Origin: Chloroflexota bacterium
GTDB lineage: Bacteria > Chloroflexota > Anaerolineae > Aggregatilineales > J027
Direction: 5' to 3'
DNA: 64,000 nucleotides
Assembly (NCBI GenBank): GCA_016234595.1
Contig: JACRBG010000047.1
Span: 1,269 to 65,268, forward strand
The notes under the pieces were generated by a model. It was not told where the DNA came from, did no database searches, and worked only from the letters and a program-made list of their open reading frames with translations. The position numbers and the translations under genes were made by a program. Positions within the stretch are counted from its first letter, which is position 1, and every line of letters starts with the position of its first letter. Positions 26,355 to 34,236 of this stretch are shown here, piece after piece.

Positions 26355-28061
26355 ATGAGTACCGAATTATCAGGGCAGGTTTTAAATCAGTATGAATTGT
26401 TGGATGTCCTCGGCAAAGGAGGGATGGCAGTCGTTTATCGCGCTCGCCAGACCAACATCAACCGCTTTGTGGCGATGAAGGTGATGTCTAACACACTGGC
26501 CGGTGATACGGATTTTTTAGACCGTTTTCGACATGAAGCTGACCTAATAGCAAAATTAGAACACCCCAATATCCTGCCGATTTATGATTACGGTAGTGCA
26601 GGTGACTATTTTTATTTGGTACTGCGCCTGATGGATGGGGGTAGCTTAGATGGTTATATGAACGGTAATCCCATGGCTCTGCAAGATGTGGATCGTTTTT
26701 TGGTCCAGATCGCCAGCGCCCTTGATTTTGCCCATCAGCATCGGGTCGTCCATCGTGACCTTAAACCGAATAATGTGCTGTTGGATCGGCATGGCAATGC
26801 TTATTTGATGGATTTTGGGATCGCCAAAGTCATTTCCGATTCCAATTTAACCACAACCAACACGATCATGGGGACGCCGGGGTATATGGCACCAGAACAA
26901 TGGAAATTGACCCCCTTTGACCATCGTATTGATGTTTATAGCCTCGGCATTATGACCTATGAAATGTTGACAGGCAGCACCCCCTTTATCGGACAAACGC
27001 CCTTGCAATATATGTATGCCCATCTGCATGAACAAATCCCACGCCCCAGTAATTTTGTCTATGGATTATCGCCCGAAGTTGATAAGGTTTTGATGCGGGC
27101 CACTGCCAAAGACCCCAAACGGCGCTATCCAACGGCGGGGGAGTTCGCAGCAGCTTTTTCGGCAGCGTTACGTGGTGAAAAAGTCAGCGCAGATGGAGTA
27201 CCTGTTGTTACCAAGCCCGCAAGAGGGGCGAGTGGGAAACCTGCCCAAAATATATTGCAGGATGTTTTGGTGGATTTAGAACTTTCCTCGGACGAGCGAC
27301 GTAGCCCTGCGCCTAAACTCGATCAATTATTGGAAACCCCAAATAAATCAAATTCGGCAGAAGGTCTGGATGACAGCGACCTTGCCCATCTTTTAGAGGA
27401 TGTGCTTGATATTTTGGGTGAGCCTGCTCCCACTCAGCCTGAAGGGTCGGCCTATCAAACGACACCCTTGCCTGAAACTCAACCTGATGAGTCGCATCAA
27501 GCTGTGACCAAGCCACATGAACTAGATGAATCCTCAAAATCGTCCCGCCGTATTCCCGCCATCCGCCTCCACGATTTATTAGATGGCTTGACGGATCTGC
27601 CCGTGCGGACGGGACTGCCAACGCCCAAAGCGTCCGATTTGTTGCAACCCACCTCAACTCCCAAACCTCCCCCCAAACGTTCCGAGCGCATGGAAAATCT
27701 ACTTTCGCAATTGGTGGAACAACCTGCCGAGAAAAAGGTGCGGGTGCATCTGAATATGATGGATTTGTTATCATATGGGGGTAAGCGCCAACGCTCGTTA
27801 GGGGTCAATGCTCAACAGGTTCGGTTGCCACCGTCCCTTGAAGCGCAGGTTGGTCAGGCGACTGGGTTGATGTTATTGGGAGTGGATAGTGATGGCCCTG
27901 CTGACCGAGCAGGTTTGTTTTTAGGGGATATTTTGATAGCTGCAAACGATCAGCGGTTGCAACATTTAGATGATCTAAATAATGTTTTGACTTATGCTGC
28001 TGCGGAATTTCAGATGATACGGGCAGGGCAATTGCAAAATATCCAAGTTTCATTTGACTAG
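26355..28061 (+). CDS. Hanks-type Ser/Thr protein kinase with disordered linker and C-terminal PDZ domain, no TM segment seen
   Basis: GKGGMAVVYRA...AMKV (ATP site), HRDLKPNNVLL (catalytic loop), DFG, GTPGYMAPE. PDZ-like GLMLLGVDSDGPADRAGLFLGDILIAANDQRL. Confidence 0.9.
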   Translation: MSTELSGQVLNQYELLDVLGKGGMAVVYRARQTNINRFVAMKVMSNTLAGDTDFLDRFRHEADLIAKLEHPNILPIYDYGSAGDYFYLVLRLMDGGSLDGYMNGNPMALQDVDRFLVQIASALDFAHQHRVVHRDLKPNNVLLDRHGNAYLMDFGIAKVISDSNLTTTNTIMGTPGYMAPEQWKLTPFDHRIDVYSLGIMTYEMLTGSTPFIGQTPLQYMYAHLHEQIPRPSNFVYGLSPEVDKVLMRATAKDPKRRYPTAGEFAAAFSAALRGEKVSADGVPVVTKPARGASGKPAQNILQDVLVDLELSSDERRSPAPKLDQLLETPNKSNSAEGLDDSDLAHLLEDVLDILGEPAPTQPEGSAYQTTPLPETQPDESHQAVTKPHELDESSKSSRRIPAIRLHDLLDGLTDLPVRTGLPTPKASDLLQPTSTPKPPPKRSERMENLLSQLVEQPAEKKVRVHLNMMDLLSYGGKRQRSLGVNAQQVRLPPSLEAQVGQATGLMLLGVDSDGPADRAGLFLGDILIAANDQRLQHLDDLNNVLTYAAAEFQMIRAGQLQNIQVSFD

Positions 28062-28153
28062 TAGGCAACTAATCGCGCTTGCCCTGAAAGCCTTTCAACG
28101 GGTATGCTTAGGCTTGTTTTAAATTCCATCATGAGGAAAAAACACATAAGCTC

Positions 28154-30394
28154 ATGAATCCAAATCTTGCTGGACAAGTTATTGATAACTATCAACTGAT
28201 TGAAGTAATGGGGCGCGGGGGCATGGCGGTGGTCTATCGTGCCCGCCAACTCAATATCGAGCGTAATGTCGCCGTCAAGGTCATGTCCGCGGCACTAGCA
28301 GGCAGTCCCGATTTTATCGCCCGTTTCAAGCGCGAAGCCGACTTAATCGCCAAATTGGAACATCCGCATATTCTGCCCATCTATGATTATGGGCAAGTGG
28401 GTGAATATGTCTATTTGGTAGTGCGCTTGATGGAGGGCGGCAGTCTGGATCGCCGTATTCGGGGTAAACCTTTGCCCTTACCCGACATTGAAAAACTGAT
28501 GACCCAGATTGGCGGAGGACTGGATTATGCCCATCAGCATGGCATTGTGCATCGTGACCTGAAACCAAACAATGTGTTGTTGGATAATTTGGGTAATGCC
28601 TATCTGATGGACTTCGGCATCGCCAAAATTATGCAGGGTACGCAGATGACAGCGACAGGCACTATGATGGGGACACCCGCCTATATGGCCCCCGAACAAT
28701 GGAAAGCCGAAAATATTGACCAACGCGCCGATATTTACAGCTTAGGCATTATCCTCTATGAGCTTTTGACGGGTGATGTGCCCTTCCATGCTGAAACGCC
28801 GCATCAATTGATGTTTGCGCATCTTGAGAAAGAAATGCCGCGAGCCAGCCTAAAGGTTCCGGGTTTGTCGCCTATGCTCGACGAAGTTGTCTTAAAAGCG
28901 ACATCCAAGAAGCCCGAAGATCGCTATCAAAAAGCGACTGAACTAACCCAACACGTGGTCGAGGCGATTAAGGGCCAAAAAGAAGATTTACGTGGCGACT
29001 TGATTCCTTTGACGGTACGTTTGGAGCGACCACCCACTACTGAGCCTACCTCGCCACCAGCACCAGCCAAGCCTATCCCTGAGCAAGCCATGCGCACGGT
29101 GTTGGATGCCCTACCTCCAACCCAAACTCAGATGCCGCAGTATACGCCACCACCGCCAGCCACATCAATGCCGCAATATACCCCACCGCCGCAAACTGGC
29201 ATGGGTCAAATGCCGCCGCAGACGGGTATGGGGCAGGCGCCCTATCCCCCCTATCAAACTTCATATCCCCAATCGCCCACTTTTCCGCCACCAGCTGGCT
29301 ATACCATGCAGCCCGTTTATACTCCCAAGAAAAAAGGGCCGAGCGTTCTGGGGATTGTGGGAAGTCTTTTAGTGCTGCTGATTTTGTTGGGTGGGGCAGG
29401 TGGAATTATTCTCTTTGCGTTGAGCCAGAAGGATGATAAGGGCGGCAACGATAGCACTAAATCGGTTCTCGTAGACCAATCCCCTAGTCCGGCAACGGGT
29501 TCTGCCGAGGCGACGGGCGCGGCAACTGAGGGTGGTACACCAGAAAATACTGCGACGGCTACTCAAACAGCGACCAACACGGCAACCGCCACCCCCGAAA
29601 CGCCACAAATTGCGGATGTGCCTGTCTTGACTGCCCAATCGCCTATGATTTGTCCGGATACTATGATTAGCCAACTCTCAGTTGGAATGCACGCCCGTAC
29701 GACCTTAATTGGGAGAGGCACCACCAACGTTCGGACTAACCCCGATGGAGATATCACGACTGGTATTGCAAATGGGACGGAATTTAATGTCATAGGCGGG
29801 CCAGATTGCACGGGTGGACGTTTTACGTGGTGGCAGGTTCAACTGAAAGATGGCACTAAGGGTTGGGTGGCCGAAGGCGAGAATAACTATTTTGTTGAGC
29901 CGTGGCCCACAGTGGATATGACTGCCGGGGTGTTGCAAGTGGTGGACGGCATCACCAGTATTCAGGTGAGATCAGAAGCCACTGAATCATCTGAGACGGT
30001 CGCTACCCTGTTTCCGGGTGATCGTGTTAGCTGGGCTGGCACATTGGAACAAGACGGTGATTATCGGTGGGCCAAAGTGACCACCTATGACAATTCGGAA
30101 GGCTATATTCTCTTTGATGGCAATTTTGTCCGCCAAGTTGATCCTCGTGAAGTCACTGCGGGTATATTTGTCAGCAAGACGGTCGAGGTCATGCCGCCCG
30201 GTGATGGAGCCAACCTGCGCCAAACTTTTGATACTGCTTCTACGCGCGTTCAAACCGTAGATAAGGGAACCAAGATGGAGGTGATTGGTGGGCCAGAATA
30301 TGCCGATTATTTTGTGTGGTGGCAAGTCCGCCTTGAAGACGGTACGGAAGGTTGGATCGCCGACCATCCTGACTGGTTTGAGGTCGCCCAATAA
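28154..30394 (+). CDS. Membrane Hanks-type Ser/Thr kinase with Pro-rich linker, one TM helix and three extracellular SH3b-like domains
   Basis: The kinase core looks closely similar to the upstream kinase by eye (identity not computed). TM VLGIVGSLLVLLILLGGAGGIILFAL. Three repeats ending WWQVQLKDGTKGWVAEG, YRWAKVTTYDNSEGYILFDG and VWWQVRLEDGTEGWIADH. Confidence 0.9.
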   Translation: MNPNLAGQVIDNYQLIEVMGRGGMAVVYRARQLNIERNVAVKVMSAALAGSPDFIARFKREADLIAKLEHPHILPIYDYGQVGEYVYLVVRLMEGGSLDRRIRGKPLPLPDIEKLMTQIGGGLDYAHQHGIVHRDLKPNNVLLDNLGNAYLMDFGIAKIMQGTQMTATGTMMGTPAYMAPEQWKAENIDQRADIYSLGIILYELLTGDVPFHAETPHQLMFAHLEKEMPRASLKVPGLSPMLDEVVLKATSKKPEDRYQKATELTQHVVEAIKGQKEDLRGDLIPLTVRLERPPTTEPTSPPAPAKPIPEQAMRTVLDALPPTQTQMPQYTPPPPATSMPQYTPPPQTGMGQMPPQTGMGQAPYPPYQTSYPQSPTFPPPAGYTMQPVYTPKKKGPSVLGIVGSLLVLLILLGGAGGIILFALSQKDDKGGNDSTKSVLVDQSPSPATGSAEATGAATEGGTPENTATATQTATNTATATPETPQIADVPVLTAQSPMICPDTMISQLSVGMHARTTLIGRGTTNVRTNPDGDITTGIANGTEFNVIGGPDCTGGRFTWWQVQLKDGTKGWVAEGENNYFVEPWPTVDMTAGVLQVVDGITSIQVRSEATESSETVATLFPGDRVSWAGTLEQDGDYRWAKVTTYDNSEGYILFDGNFVRQVDPREVTAGIFVSKTVEVMPPGDGANLRQTFDTASTRVQTVDKGTKMEVIGGPEYADYFVWWQVRLEDGTEGWIADHPDWFEVAQ
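29132..29242 (+). repeat. Imperfect in-frame tandem repeats in the kinase linker (MPQYTPPP x2, 36-nt period; TGMGQ x2)
   Basis: ATGCCGCAGTATACGCCACCACCGCC at 29132 and ATGCCGCAATATACCCCACCGCCGCA at 29168, followed by ACTGGCATGGGTCAA... and ACGGGTATGGGGCAG... Confidence 0.6.
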
Positions 30395-30401
30395 TTTCGC
30401 T

Positions 30402-30432
30402 AAGGGCGGTTGTTAAAAAATCGCCCTTTTAT
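30402..30432 (+). terminator. Candidate rho-independent terminator after the second kinase gene
   Basis: AAGGGCG (30402-30408) pairs with CGCCCTT (30422-30428), 13-nt loop, followed by TTAT. The U-run is short. Confidence 0.45.
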
Positions 30433-30452
30433 CAAAGAATAATGATGCCCAC

Positions 30453-31727
30453 ATGAGTATTTCAGAATCGCTTGATACCACCCAGCCCTCAGATATTCCG
30501 CCGCAGAAACCCTCTTCAGTTTTATCAGACGGACTCCCCGTGCCAGATGAATCCCATAAGGAAAAATTTCGCCAGATTGTCGAACCCCATATGGCGATTG
30601 AGGAGGACGATTTGGCGCTGGCTCCCGCCGCCAAACGCACGGCATTAGTGTTTCGGGGCAAGTTGCTCCAGCCCGCATCGGAGGTCTATCCTCTTTTAAG
30701 TGAAAAAATTGAGGCACAGGGATACACCCTATTTTTGCAACGGGGCGCTAAAAAAAAGGATGAAGTGTTAATTGTGGAGGGGCAAGTTCTCCAACGCAAC
30801 ATCAAAACCCGCTGGTGGTTTCATCTTGGTTTGTTATTGGTGACGATTTTGACTACGCTGGCTGCTGGCGCGACTTTTGTAGGCTATGATCTCACCTCTA
30901 TGCGGGCTGCTGTGGGTGATTGGAACACTGTGACCCTGCGCGAAATGTATCATGGTGGACGACAATTTGCTTTTCCACTTCTGCTGATTCTCGGTGTGCA
31001 CGAAATGGGTCATTATGTTGCGGCGCGACTGCATAAGGTCAAAGTCACTCTGCCCTTTTTTATCCCTTTGCCACTGTCAGGAATAGTGCCCTTATCACTT
31101 GGCACGATGGGGGCAGTGATTTTTATTACCAGCCCATTTAAAAATCGCAAAATGTTGTTTGATGTGGGGTTGGCGGGGCCGCTAGCGGGATTGCTGGTGG
31201 CAATTCCTTTGTTCATCACCGGGCTAAAAACCCAACCAACCATCGGGATTCCACTGGAATGGCTGCAACAATTACATATAGACCGAGTTAGTGTTCCAGC
31301 GTTTTTACAATGGATGGCCCGCACGGTTTATGATGAACATCAAGTTTCACTTATTGACCGCACGGTATTTTTCCGTCACCCTCAGGCGCTGGCGGCATGG
31401 TTCGGAACTTTATTGACCTTCCTAAATTTGCTCCCGCTCGGCCAATTTGACGGCGGGCATGTCGCTTTTGCCTTGTTTGGGAGGCGAGTCGCATGGCCCC
31501 TAGCATTTTCGGTGGCCGCGATATGTGTCATGCTTGGTTTAATGGGCTATTGGTCGGCATGGCTGATTTGGCCGCTGTTTGCCTTGTTAACAGGTTTGCG
31601 TCACCCCCCACCGCATGATGATATTACGCCATTGGGCTGGCCGCGCATGATTCTAGGTGGCATCACCATTGCTTTGTTTTTTAGCTTGATTGTGATTACT
31701 CCGTTTTATAGCTCAATCACCCGCTAA
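30453..31727 (+). CDS. M50-family site-2 protease (intramembrane zinc metalloprotease) with about 115-aa cytoplasmic N-terminal extension
   Basis: HEMGHYVAARLH (HExxH) in a TM helix and NLLPLGQFDGGHV (NxxPxxxxDG). Confidence 0.85.
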   Translation: MSISESLDTTQPSDIPPQKPSSVLSDGLPVPDESHKEKFRQIVEPHMAIEEDDLALAPAAKRTALVFRGKLLQPASEVYPLLSEKIEAQGYTLFLQRGAKKKDEVLIVEGQVLQRNIKTRWWFHLGLLLVTILTTLAAGATFVGYDLTSMRAAVGDWNTVTLREMYHGGRQFAFPLLLILGVHEMGHYVAARLHKVKVTLPFFIPLPLSGIVPLSLGTMGAVIFITSPFKNRKMLFDVGLAGPLAGLLVAIPLFITGLKTQPTIGIPLEWLQQLHIDRVSVPAFLQWMARTVYDEHQVSLIDRTVFFRHPQALAAWFGTLLTFLNLLPLGQFDGGHVAFALFGRRVAWPLAFSVAAICVMLGLMGYWSAWLIWPLFALLTGLRHPPPHDDITPLGWPRMILGGITIALFFSLIVITPFYSSITR

Positions 31728-31745
31728 AAATTTGTTTAATCTAGT

Positions 31746-31768
31746 CGGCAACACGGTTGCCGTTTTTT
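31746..31768 (+). terminator. Rho-independent terminator after the site-2 protease gene
   Basis: CGGCAAC-acg-GTTGCCG perfect 7-bp stem followed by TTTTTT (31763-31768). Confidence 0.75.
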
Positions 31769-31839
31769 GCGTTTCATCGCATAATTGGCGGGCAAAAAGC
31801 GTATCCCGGTATGGACGGCATTTAGGAGCAAGTTTTATC

Positions 31840-33042
31840 ATGATTAGTATTCCACTGACCATTGGTATTGAAGAAGAATATCAAATTATTGACCCCGAAA
31901 CCCGCGAATTGACTTCCTACGTCCAACAACTCATGAATAAAGGCCGGGTCACGCTTGGTAATCAGTTGAAACCTGAATTTATGCAGTCGCAAATTGAAGT
32001 TGGTAGTCGCGTTTGCCAAAATATTCAGGAAGCCCGCCAAGAAATTATCCACTTGCGTAAAACCGTTTTTGAAGTGGCCGAAGAAAGTGGCCGGGCGATT
32101 GCAGCGGCAGGAACCCACCCTTTTTCGCGCTGGCAAGATCAACGATTTTCCGAGGGTCAACGTTATGACGACTTGCAATCCACGATGCAAGATGCGGCCC
32201 GCCGTTTGTTAATTTTTGGGATGCACGTTCATATCGGCTTCGGACAAGACCGCCGCGCCTTTGAAATGATCGTAGACATCATGAATCAAATCCGCTATTT
32301 CTTGCCCCATATTTTGGCACTTTCGACCTCCTCCCCTTTTTGGCATGGACGCGACACAGGCATGAAGAGTTATCGTAGCCTAGTTTTTGAGAACATGCCC
32401 CGCACAGGTATTCCGCCTGTTTTTGAAGGCTTTGCGGAGTATGATCGCTATGTGGATGTGATGGCGGCGGTGGGGTCGCTGGGGCCAACTGGCACAGGCA
32501 AGCCGTCTGGTGAACCCTCACCCAAAGATGCGACCAAAATTTGGTGGGATGCTCGGCCTCATCCCAATTGGGGGACACTTGAAATCCGCGTTTCGGATAT
32601 GTGTACAACGGTTGATGAGTGCATGTGCATTGCAGCCTTGATTCAATCGCTAGTTGCCAAGTTTATGAAGCTACGTAACCAAAATTTAAGCTGGCGTATC
32701 TATCCCTCCCATATGATTAGTGAAAACAAGTGGCGGGCGGTGCGCTATGGCATTGACGGGAAACTGATTGACTTTGGTATCCAAGAAGAAGTTCCCATGC
32801 GTATTTTGGTACGCGAAATTTTGGAAATAATTGACGATGTCGTGGATGAGATTGGCACGCGCCAAGATGTCGAATATGCTTATACCATTTTGGACAAGGG
32901 CACAAGCGCAGATCGTCAACTTGCCACCTTCCGTCGGGCCTTGAATGAAGGGGCGGATACGCAAGAGGCTTTGAACGCGGTGGTAGATCAACTTGTTCGT
33001 GAAACCCAACAGGGCTGGCGCGAACTTGCCATGCAGCCCTAG
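31840..33042 (+). CDS. Carboxylate-amine ligase, glutamate-cysteine ligase family 2 (YbdK-like)
   Basis: Start re-set to ATG 31840 (AGGAG 11 nt upstream). MISIPLTIGIEEEYQIIDPETREL...QIEVGS...GTHPFS...GMHVHIG...WWDARPHPNWGTLEIRVSD is the GCS2 pattern. Confidence 0.85.
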   Translation: MISIPLTIGIEEEYQIIDPETRELTSYVQQLMNKGRVTLGNQLKPEFMQSQIEVGSRVCQNIQEARQEIIHLRKTVFEVAEESGRAIAAAGTHPFSRWQDQRFSEGQRYDDLQSTMQDAARRLLIFGMHVHIGFGQDRRAFEMIVDIMNQIRYFLPHILALSTSSPFWHGRDTGMKSYRSLVFENMPRTGIPPVFEGFAEYDRYVDVMAAVGSLGPTGTGKPSGEPSPKDATKIWWDARPHPNWGTLEIRVSDMCTTVDECMCIAALIQSLVAKFMKLRNQNLSWRIYPSHMISENKWRAVRYGIDGKLIDFGIQEEVPMRILVREILEIIDDVVDEIGTRQDVEYAYTILDKGTSADRQLATFRRALNEGADTQEALNAVVDQLVRETQQGWRELAMQP

Positions 33043-33054
33043 TTTGAAAACCCT

Positions 33055-33228
33055 ATGCGACGCATTTTTGTTTTGATGTCTTTAACGGCGATGATGGGGC
33101 GGGCGCTCATTGTGTGGATGCGCGTCCGTCCTCTAGTGCCGACCGTACGCTGGCTTTTGAAGATTCGGCCTGATGTTATGGCCTATCTGCATGAAGTTAA
33201 CCAGATCCGCTCCCTGACCAAACAATAG
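33055..33228 (+). CDS. Possible small ORF (57 aa, Arg-rich, one hydrophobic segment)
   Basis: ATG 33055 to TAG 33228: MRRIFVLMSLTAMMGRALIVWMRVRPLVPTVRWLLKIRPDVMAYLHEVNQIRSLTKQ. Below the track length cutoff, no SD seen. It fills the gap between convergent genes. Confidence 0.2.
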   Translation: MRRIFVLMSLTAMMGRALIVWMRVRPLVPTVRWLLKIRPDVMAYLHEVNQIRSLTKQ

Positions 33229-33231
33229 TCG

Positions 33232-34140
33232 CTAGCAAGTGCCATAACCGCGCTGTTCAAAACTGAGTGGATCAACTGGGGCATCATTAATCCGTGTTTC
33301 GTAATGCACATGGGGGCCAGTGCTGTTACCCGTACTGCCACTCCATCCAATCACCGAAAACCGCCCAACGGATTGCCCGGATGACACATTAAATGAGGTC
33401 AGATGGGCATAGTAGGTGATAAAAGTTCCACTTTGGAGAATCACCAGATAGCCATAACCAATTTCGCTCCAACCCGCAAAGGTGACGGTGCCACTGTGGG
33501 TTGCTTGGACAGGGGTGCCCAGTGGAATGCCTAAATCAATCCCACTGTGATATTGATGAAAACGTTGGGTCAAAATGCCATCCACAGGTAACCCGGCGGG
33601 AGCACAACCCTCGGCTGGCACTTCACCATTAGCGACAATGGTTGGGCCTGCTTGACCCGAGGGGTCAAAAAAATCTGGTGGTGTAGCTGTGATGATACCT
33701 TGATCTTCGGATGGAATTAATGTGGCGGTTGATGGAGCGGTGGTGGGGAAAATCGGTGGCAAGGCTGAAAGTGGGGTTGGTGTGGTCAGAGAAAATTGCG
33801 AGTTGCCTGTCCGTGATAGATAGACCCCGACGGGTGGAATGCCTGCCGCGATGACTGATAGGCCCGCTGAATTGTCCAGCAGATTATCCTTCATCAGGGC
33901 CTGTTCAACATCGGGGAGAACGGCTGCGTAATAGCTGGATGGAGGCAGTTCGGCAGACAAATCGGGGGTGGCAATAGTTGGGACGGGGTGGAGTGAACGG
34001 TTTGGTTGGTTCCATGCCGCTGTCCACGCAAAATATGTCCCGCTGAGAATAATGAGAATCAATACTAAAGCCCACAACCAATGATTGAGACATTGGCGAG
34101 AGCGCCTGACAAACGAGGGATGATTAGCTTGTTTTGCCAT
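33232..34140 (-). CDS. M23 (LytM-type) peptidoglycan metallo-endopeptidase, membrane-anchored
   Basis: HSGIDLGIPLGTPVQATHSGTV...YAHLTS...GWSGSTGNSTGPHVHYE. Start set to ATG 34140 because the track start 34203 lies inside the upstream terminator hairpin. TM WLWALVLILIILSGTYFAW. Confidence 0.85.
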   Translation of the reverse strand: MAKQANHPSFVRRSRQCLNHWLWALVLILIILSGTYFAWTAAWNQPNRSLHPVPTIATPDLSAELPPSSYYAAVLPDVEQALMKDNLLDNSAGLSVIAAGIPPVGVYLSRTGNSQFSLTTPTPLSALPPIFPTTAPSTATLIPSEDQGIITATPPDFFDPSGQAGPTIVANGEVPAEGCAPAGLPVDGILTQRFHQYHSGIDLGIPLGTPVQATHSGTVTFAGWSEIGYGYLVILQSGTFITYYAHLTSFNVSSGQSVGRFSVIGWSGSTGNSTGPHVHYETRINDAPVDPLSFEQRGYGTC

Positions 34141-34176
34141 GCCTTCTATTGTACTCAACCGCCGCCCTTGTGGATA

Positions 34177-34209
34177 ACAAAAAAAGAGCGTACCAACCGG
34201 CACGCTCTT
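34177..34209 (-). terminator. Rho-independent terminator after the DUF4397 gene
   Basis: Minus-strand RNA AAGAGCGU-(10 nt)-ACGCUCUU followed by UUUUUG (plus-strand A-run 34179-34185). Confidence 0.7.
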
Positions 34210-34236
34210 AGAAAATGGGCACAGCGAGGAGTTGTC

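Noticed and set aside
33051-33075. ATGCGACGCAT followed by TTTTTGTTTTG as a terminator after the GCS2 ligase gene
   Set aside because: The palindrome leaves only a 1-nt loop, so no stable hairpin can form. It also coincides with the start of the candidate small ORF.
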